A stretch of DNA of 64,000 nucleotides, from assembly GCA_965649295.1 (NCBI GenBank), contig CBFGKH010000003.1:32001-96000 (forward strand). The letters run 5' to 3'. Position numbers and translations under genes: made by a program. Below are positions 40,857 through 50,372 of the stretch, one piece after another. The DNA is from a candidate division WOR-3 bacterium. Lineage in GTDB: Bacteria; Hydrothermota; Tepidihabitantia; Tepidihabitantales; Tepidihabitantaceae. The notes under the pieces were generated by a model, which saw nothing but the letters and a program-made list of their open reading frames with translations, made no database searches and was not told the origin of the DNA. Position 1 is the first letter of the stretch. The number at the start of each line of letters is the position of its first letter.

Positions 40857-42263
40857 TCATTCGGGTAGCTCGTCCTCGTAGTCAATGCTCGGTTCCGGCT
40901 GCTCTGGTGGCCGACCGACATACGGATTCTCGAACCGCATACAGTGGCCCAAGTAGGTGAGCCGGACAGTTCCGAGCGGGCCGTTCCGCTGCTTGGCTAC
41001 CATCACTTCTGCCTGACCGCGCACACTCTCGTCATCAGGATTGTAGAACTCGGCGCGGTAGAGCATCAGGACAAGGTCGGCATCCTGCTCAATCGCACCC
41101 GATTCGCGCAGGTCAGAAAGCTGGGGCCGACGCTCTCCCCCGCGGGTCTCCGGTGCCCGCGAAAGCTGAGAAATGACCACCACCGGCAGATTGAGCTCCT
41201 TGGCCATCGCCTTGAGGCCGCGAGTGATTTCCGATATCTCCTGCTGCCGGTTGCGCTCACGGCGATTCGTCTGATGCGACTCCATCAGTTGCAGGTAGTC
41301 AATGACGATTAGCCCAAGCTGTACCTCAGACCGGAGCCGCCGGGCCCGGGCGCGGATATCAAGCGCGCTCAGGCCAGGCGAATCATCAATGTAAAGCTGG
41401 GCCTCGCTCAACGGGCCGAGAACGTTTGCCAGTCGCGAGTGCTCCTCCCGGGTCAGTCGGCCAGCCCGCAGATTCTTCATCGAGACCCCGGCCTCCGAAC
41501 ACATCAGCCGCTGGACCAGCGACTCGGTGGACATCTCCAAGCTGAAGATGGCCACTGGCAGACCAGTACGGGCGGCCGCGTTGACCGCCACGTTGAGAGC
41601 AAAGGCGGTCTTGCCCATCGAGGGCCGGCCGGCCACAATCACTAGCTCGCCTGGCTGCAGCCCGGACGTCATTTCGTCAAGCTCATGGAACCCGGTCTCA
41701 ACCCCGGTAATCAGCTTGCGTTGCTCCATCGCCCGATAGACCCGCTCCATCTCGGTCATCAGCAGGTCCTTGACCTTGACAAACCGTTTGCGGGCCCCGG
41801 CCTCCCGAATCTCAAATATCTTCTGCTCCGCCTCCTCCAGCAGCTCAGCCGCGCTTCGTTCTTCGTCGAATCCGGCCTGGACAATCTCGGTGGCCGTCTG
41901 AATGAGCTGACGCTGGATTGACTTTTCGAGCACAATTCGGGCGTGCTCCTCGCAGTTGGCCGTGGTCAGCACCGAGTCGAGTAACGCCGAAAGAAAAGCC
42001 GGGCCACCGACCGCATCCAGTTCCTTGGTTCGCTGCAGTTCGGCAGTCACGGTCACAATGTCGGTCGGCGAGTTCTGCTCGAAGAGCCGCAGTATTGCCT
42101 GATAGACACGGCGGTGAGCTTGCAGGTAGAAGTTCTCGGGCCGTAGCAACGCAATCACTGTCGGCACGGTGCGGGGCTCAAGCAGCATCGCCCCGAGCAC
42201 TGCCGCCTCGGCTTCGAGTGACTGCGGCGGCTTGCGAACGCTGTCGGTCGAATCAGCCGTCAC
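40857..42263 (-). CDS. dnaB: Replicative DNA helicase
   Basis: GRPSMGKT, IDYLQL, DLRESGAIEQDAD; no intein. Confidence 0.98.
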   Translation of the reverse strand: MTADSTDSVRKPPQSLEAEAAVLGAMLLEPRTVPTVIALLRPENFYLQAHRRVYQAILRLFEQNSPTDIVTVTAELQRTKELDAVGGPAFLSALLDSVLTTANCEEHARIVLEKSIQRQLIQTATEIVQAGFDEERSAAELLEEAEQKIFEIREAGARKRFVKVKDLLMTEMERVYRAMEQRKLITGVETGFHELDEMTSGLQPGELVIVAGRPSMGKTAFALNVAVNAAARTGLPVAIFSLEMSTESLVQRLMCSEAGVSMKNLRAGRLTREEHSRLANVLGPLSEAQLYIDDSPGLSALDIRARARRLRSEVQLGLIVIDYLQLMESHQTNRRERNRQQEISEITRGLKAMAKELNLPVVVISQLSRAPETRGGERRPQLSDLRESGAIEQDADLVLMLYRAEFYNPDDESVRGQAEVMVAKQRNGPLGTVRLTYLGHCMRFENPYVGRPPEQPEPSIDYEDELPE

Positions 42264-43534
42264 GATGTGACCCTTCCTTTCCGACTACTGGCAGCTCGGG
42301 CCTGCCACAACTTGGCAATCGTCGCCACCAGTTGCCGGGCAAACTCCTCTTTGGACATTGCTGGCAGCCGGCGCGACCGGCCGTCAGCAGAAAACAACCG
42401 GGCAGTAATCTCCTCGGCACCGGCGGTGCGGAACGGATTAGCAACAATCAGGTCGAGCTTCTTGGCAGCCAGCTTGGCGCGAGCGCGTGCCTCGGAATCG
42501 TCAAGGGAGAAGCCCACCACCAGACCGGGATGAGGCCGCGCTGCCACAGCCTCAAGAATGTCCGGCGTTCTGGTCAATTCGAGCGTCAGTCGGTTGTCGT
42601 GATACTTGGTCGGGCTGAGTCGCACCGGCTGATAGTCGGCAACCGCCGCGCACATCACCAGCACATCGGTCTGCGGCAGCAGCTTGAGCACAGTCTCCTT
42701 CATTTTCCGGGCAGCGGGCGCACTGGTCGTCGGGATGTGCTCTGGTACTGGCACCGAAAGAGCACCAGCAACCAGCCGCACCCGGGCACCAGCCGCCGCT
42801 GCGGCCTGGGCAATGGCCAGGCCAGTGCGACCGCTCGAACGATTGGTGATGATCCGCGCCGGGTCAATTGGTTCCTCAGTCCGACCAGCAGTGACAACGA
42901 ACCGAACGCCCGCGAGCGGTCGGCACTCAGCACCGCTGGCTCGGCGCAACAGCGCCGCCTCACCGGCCGCAAAGATAGCCGCTGGCTCGGCCATCCTACC
43001 CGGCCCGGTGGTGCCACAGGCCAGCTCTCCAGTGCCAGGCTGAATCAACCGGTAGCCGTATTCAACAAGGCGGCTGATGTTTGCCTGCACCGCTGGCTGA
43101 TGCCACATGTTCGTATTCATTGCTGGTGCCAGCAGCACCCGGCCAGACCTGACCACCTCAGCCGGTATTGCCAGAAGAACGGTTGAGAGAAGGTCGTCAG
43201 CAATGCCGTTCGCCAGCTTACCGATAATATTGGCTGTCGCCGGTGCGACGATAACCAGGTCAGCCGAACTCGCTAGGTCAACGTGCGGGATACGGGCAGA
43301 GTCGCGGTTGGTTTGCGGCCGAACCTTGGGAAAGAGGTCAACCGCAACCGGGTTTCCGGTCAGCGCCCGAAACGATTCCGGCCCGACAAAACGGCGCGCA
43401 GCACGAGTCATCACCGCGGTGACATCCCAGCCAGCGCGTTTCATCAACCGGACAAGTTCAAGCGACTTATAGGCGGCAATACCGCCGCTTATCCCGAGCA
43501 GAACGCGGTAGGAGGAAACAGTCCGCTGCCTCAC
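42260..43534 (-). CDS. coaBC: Phosphopantothenoylcysteine decarboxylase/ligase
   Basis: GGIAAYK, PAMNTNMW, LACG..GPGRM, TNRSSG. Confidence 0.97.
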   Translation of the reverse strand: MRQRTVSSYRVLLGISGGIAAYKSLELVRLMKRAGWDVTAVMTRAARRFVGPESFRALTGNPVAVDLFPKVRPQTNRDSARIPHVDLASSADLVIVAPATANIIGKLANGIADDLLSTVLLAIPAEVVRSGRVLLAPAMNTNMWHQPAVQANISRLVEYGYRLIQPGTGELACGTTGPGRMAEPAAIFAAGEAALLRRASGAECRPLAGVRFVVTAGRTEEPIDPARIITNRSSGRTGLAIAQAAAAAGARVRLVAGALSVPVPEHIPTTSAPAARKMKETVLKLLPQTDVLVMCAAVADYQPVRLSPTKYHDNRLTLELTRTPDILEAVAARPHPGLVVGFSLDDSEARARAKLAAKKLDLIVANPFRTAGAEEITARLFSADGRSRRLPAMSKEEFARQLVATIAKLWQARAASSRKGRVTS

Positions 43535-43568
43535 GCCGGACGCACCCGCGACTGGCTAAGAGCGAAAC

Positions 43569-43850
43569 CTAGAGCAGCGGCTGCGGCCGGACGAATGGTC
43601 TTGGCATTACTGGCTCGTCAAACGTCGCCCGCGCCATGGCCTCGATATCGGCCTCGGTCAGCTTTGCCCACTTTATCTCGCCGGCAAGAGCACGCTCCAG
43701 CGCCAGCTCGTATGGATTCTGGTTGAGCTGGACCTCGTCGCGGTGCATCCCTTCAATGAGCCGGCGTGCTTCGAGGGCAGCCACATTGATCGCCAGATAC
43801 TTGTTCTGATAGCGGGCAGCCAGTCGTTCCGGTGAAATCAGCTTCATCAC
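43569..43850 (-). CDS. rpoZ: RNA polymerase omega subunit
   Basis: NKYLAINVAALEARRL; gmk-rpoZ-coaBC synteny. Confidence 0.85.
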   Translation of the reverse strand: MMKLISPERLAARYQNKYLAINVAALEARRLIEGMHRDEVQLNQNPYELALERALAGEIKWAKLTEADIEAMARATFDEPVMPRPFVRPQPLL

Positions 43851-44512
43851 TAGTCTCCTTTGGGTTGGCGCCGGGCCAGGAGCCTCTTCATTTCCGGACT
43901 CATTCGCGATGTCCGCAGCCGCTCGGCGCGGATTATCGCCATCACGTCGCGGATTGCCTGGTCCAGGCGATCATTAACCACCACATAGTCAAATTCGGGC
44001 ACTGCTGCCAGTTCAGCATCGAGTTCCGCCTCACGACGCCGGATTACCTCGGTTGAATCGGTACCCCGGCTGCGCAGCCGTCGGGCCAGTTCGCGCCGAC
44101 TGGGCGGAACGATGAAGATGCCAACAGTTCCCGGCAGGGCCTGCTTGCAGGAACGCATGCCCTGAATGTCGAGATCGGCAATTACGTCGCGGCCGCGGCG
44201 AAACTGTGCAAATACCGGCCGCTTCGGCGTGCCGTAATAATAATCATAAACCCGGGCGCTTTCCAGCAATTCGCCACGCTTCAGCAATTCCTGAAACCGG
44301 GCCGGCGAGTAGAAGAAATAGCTCTGACCGTGGACTTCGCCGGGCCGGCGCGGCCGAGTCGTCGCCGAAACCGAGTAGGCAACGCTGGAATCAGCCTTAA
44401 CCACACCCCGGCAGATGCTGGTCTTGCCTGCTCCTGAAGGTGACGAGAGCACGACCAAGAAAGGCTGGTGCCGCCTAACCAGCCTGGCAGCACTTCGGCC
44501 ACTACTCGACAT
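43850..44512 (-). CDS. gmk: Guanylate kinase
   Basis: SPSGAGKT, SVSATTRPRRPGE, YYGT. Confidence 0.97.
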   Translation of the reverse strand: MSSSGRSAARLVRRHQPFLVVLSSPSGAGKTSICRGVVKADSSVAYSVSATTRPRRPGEVHGQSYFFYSPARFQELLKRGELLESARVYDYYYGTPKRPVFAQFRRGRDVIADLDIQGMRSCKQALPGTVGIFIVPPSRRELARRLRSRGTDSTEVIRRREAELDAELAAVPEFDYVVVNDRLDQAIRDVMAIIRAERLRTSRMSPEMKRLLARRQPKGD

Positions 44513-45377
44513 TCCTAACCTGTTCCTTCAGTTTCTCGATCTCGCCCTTGATCTCGATGGCGCGACGCGAAATCACCATGTCCCGGGCTTTGGCCGCAAG
44601 CGTATCGGTTTCGCGCAGCATCTCTTGGGCAATGAAGTCGAGTTTCTTGCCCGAAGTTGCCGACGAGGCCAGCGCCCGGGCAAACATCGTGCAATGTGAA
44701 CGAAGCCGAACACACTCCTCATGGATATCCACCCGTTCGCTGATGAAGGCAACTTCCTCCAGAATCCGCCGCGAATCGGCCTCGATGTTCAAGTCTTTGA
44801 GCTGAGCAAGCAGGTTCTCGCGCCGCTCCCGCAACCGCTCTGGCACTCGACGTTCGATCGCTTGCACCGCCCGCTTGATCCGACCGATGCGCTTGCGCAA
44901 ATCACGCACCAGTGCTGTCCCTTCGGCCCGCTGCATCTGGACAAGATTACTAAGAGCCTTGACAATAACCTTGCGCGCCTGGCGCCAGAGCCGGCCACGA
45001 TTGGCATCCGGCTTCTGGGATGTCACAATCCCCGGATAGCTCAAGACGGTGTTGACATCAAGCTCGCCGGCGATGCCGTGCTTGGCTATAAGCTCTCGGG
45101 CAAGCCGCAGGTAATCGCGCAGTAACCGGCGGTCAAGAACCAACGTTGGCGCTTCGGCGTTCTCGTCAAGACTAACCTGCAACTGAACATAGCCACGTCG
45201 CACTCGGCGGCGGACAAGGTCGCGGATTTCGCTCTCATAACCGGCTAGGGCCGGCGGTAACCGCGGTACCAGTTCCAGATACTTATGGTTGACCGAACGG
45301 ATATCAACAACAATCTTGCTGTTCCAGGGAGGCAGCAACGCCTCAGCCCGACCCACACCGGTCATGCTCTTTATCAT
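44502..45377 (-). CDS. yicC: YicC-family endoribonuclease
   Basis: MIKSMTG, SVNHKY, GKKLDF..QEM.RE, EQVRNVE. Confidence 0.95.
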   Translation of the reverse strand: MIKSMTGVGRAEALLPPWNSKIVVDIRSVNHKYLELVPRLPPALAGYESEIRDLVRRRVRRGYVQLQVSLDENAEAPTLVLDRRLLRDYLRLARELIAKHGIAGELDVNTVLSYPGIVTSQKPDANRGRLWRQARKVIVKALSNLVQMQRAEGTALVRDLRKRIGRIKRAVQAIERRVPERLRERRENLLAQLKDLNIEADSRRILEEVAFISERVDIHEECVRLRSHCTMFARALASSATSGKKLDFIAQEMLRETDTLAAKARDMVISRRAIEIKGEIEKLKEQVRNVE

Positions 45378-45842
45378 CTAGACAACTCCCTTGCGGTCAT
45401 CGGCCTTGGTATCAAGAATTAGAGTTACCGGTCCGTCGTTCAGCAACTCAACCTGCATGTGCGCTCCGAATCTGCCTGTACGGACCGGCACCCCTTGGCA
45501 GGCAAGCTCAGTCACGAAACGGTCAACCAACTGCCGGGCACGATCCGGCGGACAGGCAGCGGTGAAGCTTGGCCGCAGCCCCCGGCTCGTATCAGCCAGC
45601 AGTGTAAACTGCGATACCACCAGGGCCGAGCCGTGAGTGTCCAGCAACGACCGGTTCATCTTACCGGCGGCATCCTCGAATATTCGCAGTCTGGCAACCT
45701 TGGCAGCGAGAGCTGCGCAATCCTGCTCGTTATCGCCGTGACCAACACCAACCAATAGCAGCAGACCGTTGCCAATCTCGCCGACCGTCTCCGCGTCCAC
45801 TGTAACGCGGGCCCGACTCACGCGCTGGAGCACGACCCTCAC
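45378..45842 (-). CDS. dtd: D-aminoacyl-tRNA deacylase
   Basis: QRVSRA, SQFTL, NDGPVT. Confidence 0.97.
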   Translation of the reverse strand: MRVVLQRVSRARVTVDAETVGEIGNGLLLLVGVGHGDNEQDCAALAAKVARLRIFEDAAGKMNRSLLDTHGSALVVSQFTLLADTSRGLRPSFTAACPPDRARQLVDRFVTELACQGVPVRTGRFGAHMQVELLNDGPVTLILDTKADDRKGVV

Positions 45843-46480
45843 TTCGACCTTGAGCGCGAAAACACCAACCGGGCCACGGCCTGGGCAAAGCTACGGGCAT
45901 CCTCAGCACGAGCAGCGGTGACTATGAGATTGTCGGTGACAACCGCTCGGTGACTATACCGAGCTCCGTGCTCACGGATGTACTGGACCGCATAGCGGTC
46001 GCGAGCAACCGTGGCTCGACGATTTTTGAGCACGCCAGCCCGGGCAAGCGTTATCGGTGCGGTCCCAATTCCAGCTAGCACGCGGCCGGCTGCCGCAAAT
46101 TGCCGGCAGACAGCATGCAACAAAGTGTCGTCCCAGTAAAGAGTCTGGCCCGGCCCGCTGAGCAGTACCAGCCCGGCAAAATCGCCAACAACGACATCAC
46201 GCAGGGTCAGGTCAGGAGCAACGACAAGCCGATTGTCACGGTTAGTGCTAACGCAGACTCCAGAATCCGCTGCCAGTACCCGATAATAAATGCCGGCACG
46301 GGAAATTGTGCCAGTAACCTGTTCATATTCGCTGGCATTGAACAACCGCTGGGGTACAAAGAGGAGCACAGTGTTGCCAGCTCCGGACGGAATGTCAGTA
46401 TTGGTAGGCCTTGGTACCACCGGCGGTTGAGCAATGGCTGCAGCAACAACCAGAACCAGCACTGTCAGCGGCTTGCGCAT
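45839..46480 (-). CDS. Exported DJ-1/PfpI-family protein lacking the catalytic Cys
   Basis: Signal peptide [18 protein letters not shown] in place of AICHGP; LARAGVL..RRAT. Confidence 0.8.
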   Translation of the reverse strand: MRKPLTVLVLVVAAAIAQPPVVPRPTNTDIPSGAGNTVLLFVPQRLFNASEYEQVTGTISRAGIYYRVLAADSGVCVSTNRDNRLVVAPDLTLRDVVVGDFAGLVLLSGPGQTLYWDDTLLHAVCRQFAAAGRVLAGIGTAPITLARAGVLKNRRATVARDRYAVQYIREHGARYSHRAVVTDNLIVTAARAEDARSFAQAVARLVFSRSRSK

Positions 46481-46490
46481 ATGGTAGCGT

Positions 46491-46518
46491 AGGATATCCG
46501 CTGCCGTAGGCAAGTCAA
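46491..46518 (-). promoter_or_regulatory. Promoter of the DJ-1-dtd-yicC-gmk operon
   Basis: TTGACT-N16-TATCCT, 10 nt before ATG 46480. Confidence 0.6.
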
Positions 46519-46539
46519 GCAGCCAGCCCTGACCGGCCA

Positions 46540-46568
46540 TTGACCGATGCTGGTCACAACTCTATCCT
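46540..46568 (+). promoter_or_regulatory. Promoter of the Fpg/Nei gene (leaderless candidate)
   Basis: TTGACC-N17-TATCCT, 5 nt before GTG 46574. Confidence 0.6.
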
Positions 46569-46573
46569 ACTCC

Positions 46574-47419
46574 GTGCCTGAACTGCCCGAGCTCGAAGTG
46601 ACTAAAGACCGGTTGCGCCTGGCACTTGCTGGTCGGCTGATTGTCGGCGCCGAAGTCCGCTCGCCGGTTGCTCTCAAGACGGTCACGCCGCCGCTCGAGG
46701 CGCTGGCCGGCAAGCACATCCGCTCGGTCACTCGACTCGGCAAGGTCATCTGCATCGTCTGCGACGAGAAGCTGCACCTCTGCATTCACCTGATGCTTTC
46801 TGGCCGCTTCGCCTGCGGACCGACCAAGGCACCGCTGACACACCTCCACGCATTTGCCCTCCATCTCGACCAGGACGAGGACCTGAGCATCATCGAGGAC
46901 TCGACCCATCACCGCCTCAGTGTCTATGTCGTCACCGACCCGCAGCAGCTCGACCTCGTCAGCCGGCTTGGCCCTGACCCGCTCACCCCGGAGTTCACGC
47001 TGGTCCGGCTCCGCCAGTTGCTCAGCCGCCGCTCGCGCACGCTCAAGCGCTTTCTTACCGACCAGTCGGCCATTGCCGGCATCGGCAATTGCTTCTCTGA
47101 TGAGATTCTGTTCGAGGCACGGCTCTCGCCATTTGCCATCTCAACCGCTCTCAAGCCCGAGGAAACGATCCGGCTCTATATGGCAACTAGGAAAACGCTA
47201 CAGAACGCTATTCTTCACCTCCGCAAGCTCAACCGTCTGCCCGAACAGCGTGACCGGACGTTCCTACGAGTCCACGGACGCCTTGACGAGCCCTGCCCGG
47301 TCTGCGCCACGCCAATCAAACGGGTGAGCTTCGCCGAATCTACGCTCTACTACTGCCCGCAATGCCAGACCGGTGGCAAGGAAATCGCCGACCGCCGTTT
47401 CTCCAAATTCCTCAAGTGA
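46574..47419 (+). CDS. Fpg/Nei-family DNA glycosylase
   Basis: (M)PELPE, IAGIGN..SDEILF, C4 zinc finger. Confidence 0.93.
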   Translation: MPELPELEVTKDRLRLALAGRLIVGAEVRSPVALKTVTPPLEALAGKHIRSVTRLGKVICIVCDEKLHLCIHLMLSGRFACGPTKAPLTHLHAFALHLDQDEDLSIIEDSTHHRLSVYVVTDPQQLDLVSRLGPDPLTPEFTLVRLRQLLSRRSRTLKRFLTDQSAIAGIGNCFSDEILFEARLSPFAISTALKPEETIRLYMATRKTLQNAILHLRKLNRLPEQRDRTFLRVHGRLDEPCPVCATPIKRVSFAESTLYYCPQCQTGGKEIADRRFSKFLK

Positions 47420-47564
47420 CAGGCACAATGGCCGGACTCAACACAAAAACACTAAGACCACAATTACACAGCCGAACTCTCAATCTGGGTCAGACGCCAG
47501 TCACCTCCTCACTTCTATCTTCGATCGCTTGGTACCTTTGTATCTTGGTGGTAAATCCTCTCTG

Positions 47565-48692
47565 ATGCTCACGTCGGTCTGCTCCGAGATTGGCCGCGGC
47601 CACCCGGCCTATCTCGATGCGGTGCTGGCTGCCCTTGACCGGCTCGCACCGGACGCCCTGCCAAACAAAAGACGGTTCTCCGTGCTCGACCTCTGCAGCG
47701 GTGTTTCTGCTCGCGCTTGGCGTGCAGCCAAATCGCTCTATTATCTCGGAGCCAGGGGCGGTGTGCTGTTGTCGCTCTACAACCGCTTCCGCCGACCCGA
47801 CTCGGTCCCTTCGGCCCTGCAACTGAACCTGCTCGGTTCGGACCTGCGCCGCCACTTCGCTGGATTCACCGGCGTCTGCATCGTTGACCACCCGCTGCTT
47901 GCCCGCATCCTCGCCCCAGTCTGCCGCGTCGCCTACGTCCACGGCGAATTGAGCGCGCCGCGCGTCGCCGCCGTCCCCGGTGCATGGCGTATCTTCGTAC
48001 CGGTGGAATCGACTCGCGAGAAACTGCTGGCTGTCGGCGGAGAGCTGTCGGCCATCCGTGTCTCCGGACTTGTCATCCATCCCGCACTGACAGCGGGCGT
48101 TGAGTCGGCGTTCGTGAATCGCTGCGGCCGGCTGCAATCCGATGCCCCGCTCACGGTCGGGTTCTTCACCTCCGGCGCCTATCCGAAACCGCATATGGAG
48201 CGACTGCTGGCCGCGGTCGTCTCGGTCACTCGCGCCGGTCACCGCGCCATTATCTTCTGGGGCGCGGGCTGGCTGCGCGCGGCCAAAACTCAAGCAGTCC
48301 TGCGCATGCACGCAGTACCTGACGACGCTGTGCAGATGGTCTGGGCACGTGACCGTCAGGCCGAAGCGACCAAGGTCGCGGAATTGCTGCCTAGTCTTGA
48401 CGTGATGGTTGCGGCGGCGCACGAACGCACCGTCTGGGCGCTCGGACTTGGCTTACCGCTCTTTGCCCTATTTCCCCACATCGGCCCGTTCGCCTACGAG
48501 AACTTCACCGTCGCGCTGGAGCACGGCGTCATCGAACCAATCGCCAAGTACGAGAATGCACTCGGTCTTGCCGATACCCTCGGCCAGTTACGCGCTTCTG
48601 GCCGCCTTGTGGCAATGGCCCGCGCCGGCTGGGGCCGGTATTCGATTGCCGGCGCCGAAACCACCGCTCGGGAGCTACTAACAGCAATCTAA
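47565..48692 (+). CDS. Hypothetical GT-B-fold glycosyltransferase-like protein
   Basis: N-terminal GRGH motif and two Rossmann-like halves; start uncertain. Confidence 0.55.
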   Translation: MLTSVCSEIGRGHPAYLDAVLAALDRLAPDALPNKRRFSVLDLCSGVSARAWRAAKSLYYLGARGGVLLSLYNRFRRPDSVPSALQLNLLGSDLRRHFAGFTGVCIVDHPLLARILAPVCRVAYVHGELSAPRVAAVPGAWRIFVPVESTREKLLAVGGELSAIRVSGLVIHPALTAGVESAFVNRCGRLQSDAPLTVGFFTSGAYPKPHMERLLAAVVSVTRAGHRAIIFWGAGWLRAAKTQAVLRMHAVPDDAVQMVWARDRQAEATKVAELLPSLDVMVAAAHERTVWALGLGLPLFALFPHIGPFAYENFTVALEHGVIEPIAKYENALGLADTLGQLRASGRLVAMARAGWGRYSIAGAETTARELLTAI

Positions 48693-48711
48693 CCGGGGTA
48701 CAAGATAATAC

Positions 48712-48739
48712 TTGACAGCCCAGCCCATTTTGGTATTCT
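48712..48739 (+). promoter_or_regulatory. Promoter of the Rrf2-hcp operon
   Basis: TTGACA-N16-TATTCT with extended TG. Confidence 0.7.
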
Positions 48740-48757
48740 AGTGCAGGATTACTATAT

Positions 48758-49198
48758 ATGAGCAACAACGGTTCCTCAAACCTGTTTCGGGTCTCCGAGG
48801 CGGCCAACCTCGCGCTGCACTCGATGGCGGTCCTGGCTGGCGCCGGTGATGCGCTGGTCACGACCCACGAAATAGCCCGCCGGCTGCGGGCGTCTGAACA
48901 TCATCTGGCTAAGGTGCTGTTGCAGCTCGAGCGCGCCGGTCTTGTTCAGGGCGTGCGTGGGCCGTCTGGCGGATATCGCCTGAGACGCTCGGCAGACCGC
49001 ATCAGCCTTCGCGAAGTATTCGAGGCCATCGAGGGGCCGATTCGCATCAGCAAGTGCATGTTCGGCACACCAGTTTGCGGCGGCAAAAAGTGCATCCTCG
49101 GCGGTTTCTTCGAAGACATCAACCAGCAGGTCGCGGACAAGCTAAACGAGACCAAGGTATCTGAAGTCATCCTTAGAATGGAGGCCAGACGTGGGTAA
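48758..49198 (+). CDS. Rrf2-family regulator with three Cys
   Basis: HLAKVL..L.RAGLV..VRGPSGGY; C..C..C. Confidence 0.93.
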   Translation: MSNNGSSNLFRVSEAANLALHSMAVLAGAGDALVTTHEIARRLRASEHHLAKVLLQLERAGLVQGVRGPSGGYRLRRSADRISLREVFEAIEGPIRISKCMFGTPVCGGKKCILGGFFEDINQQVADKLNETKVSEVILRMEARRG

Positions 49199-50006
49199 GA
49201 CAAGGAAGATAATTAGCGTCAACGAAGAGCTCTGCACCGGCTGCGGTAACTGTATCCCGAACTGCCCCGAGGGTGCCCTGCAGGTGATTGACGGCAAGGC
49301 CCGACTGGTCTCGGACCTGTTCTGCGATGGACTAGGCGCCTGTGTCGGGCACTGCCCGACCGGTGCGATGACAGTGGTCGAGCGCCCGGCCGAGCCATAC
49401 GACGAAGCCCGGGTGATGGCGAACATCGTGAAAGCGGGCCCGAACACGATCGCGGCCCATCTCAAGCATCTCAAGGACCACGGCGCCTGCGCCTACTACG
49501 ATGAAGCGGTTGCCTACCTAAAGAAGAACGGCATCCCGGTTCCTGGCGAGCAGAAGACGCTGGCCTGCGGTTGCCCCGGTTCGGCCGTACGCAACCTAAG
49601 CCCCGCGTCCGAATCCGACGCGCCGTCCGGTTCTCGTCCGTCCCGGCTGCGCAATTGGCCGATCCAGCTGATGCTGATACCAGTCTCGGCTCCGTACTTG
49701 AAGGACGCCGACCTGCTCATCGCGGCCGACTGCGTCGGCTCATCGCATCCCGACTTCCACGAGGAACTGGTGAAAGGCCGCGTGCTCGTCATCGCCTGTC
49801 CGAAGCTCGACGATGCCGACCACTACATCGAGAAGCTGACCGAGCTCTTCCGGGCGTACGTCCCGAAGTCGGTGACGGTCGCGCACATGACCGTCCCCTG
49901 CTGCTTCGGCTTGGGCCAGATTGTGAAGCAGGCTATCGCTGATTCCGGCCGGACCATTCCCTATGCCCAAATCACGGTGGACGTCAACGGCAAGGTAGCG
50001 AAATGA
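49191..50006 (+). CDS. 4Fe-4S dicluster protein (hcp-associated)
   Basis: CTGCGNC...CP, CDGLGACVGHCP, CGCPG, ACPKLD, VPCC. Confidence 0.9.
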   Translation: MGKTRKIISVNEELCTGCGNCIPNCPEGALQVIDGKARLVSDLFCDGLGACVGHCPTGAMTVVERPAEPYDEARVMANIVKAGPNTIAAHLKHLKDHGACAYYDEAVAYLKKNGIPVPGEQKTLACGCPGSAVRNLSPASESDAPSGSRPSRLRNWPIQLMLIPVSAPYLKDADLLIAADCVGSSHPDFHEELVKGRVLVIACPKLDDADHYIEKLTELFRAYVPKSVTVAHMTVPCCFGLGQIVKQAIADSGRTIPYAQITVDVNGKVAK

Positions 50007-50347
50007 GCATCTGTCGCATCACGCCGGAGAGCGCGCCGGCCGTCCCCAACAACGTCGGGCTCGACGCCCGTCGGCTGCACAGCACTGAACACGTTGAGGT
50101 CGTCCATATATCACTCGCACCCGGCCAGAGCCTGCAGCGCCACGCCTCACCGGTTGATACCGCCTTCCTCATCGTTGAGGGCAAAGGAACTATTGAGTCG
50201 GGCACCGATCAGGTGCCGGTTCAGGCCGGCGAACTCATCCCCCACCCGGCCCGACAGATGCACCGAGTAATCAACAACAGCGCGGCCCGGCTGCGGTTTC
50301 TTGTCATCAAGACGCCACGGCCGACCGAGCCGCCGATATTCGAGTAA
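50003..50347 (+). CDS. Cupin-domain protein
   Basis: LAPGQSLQRH, EGKG, HRVIN. Confidence 0.85.
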   Translation: MSICRITPESAPAVPNNVGLDARRLHSTEHVEVVHISLAPGQSLQRHASPVDTAFLIVEGKGTIESGTDQVPVQAGELIPHPARQMHRVINNSAARLRFLVIKTPRPTEPPIFE

Positions 50348-50372
50348 TGACTCACCTGAAAGGAGTCCGAAA

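Noticed and set aside
41918..43186. 422-aa plus-strand ORF
   Set aside because: Antisense to dnaB/coaBC with low-complexity R/S/G composition
47490..48422. 310-aa minus-strand ORF
   Set aside because: Antisense shadow of the plus-strand GT-like gene
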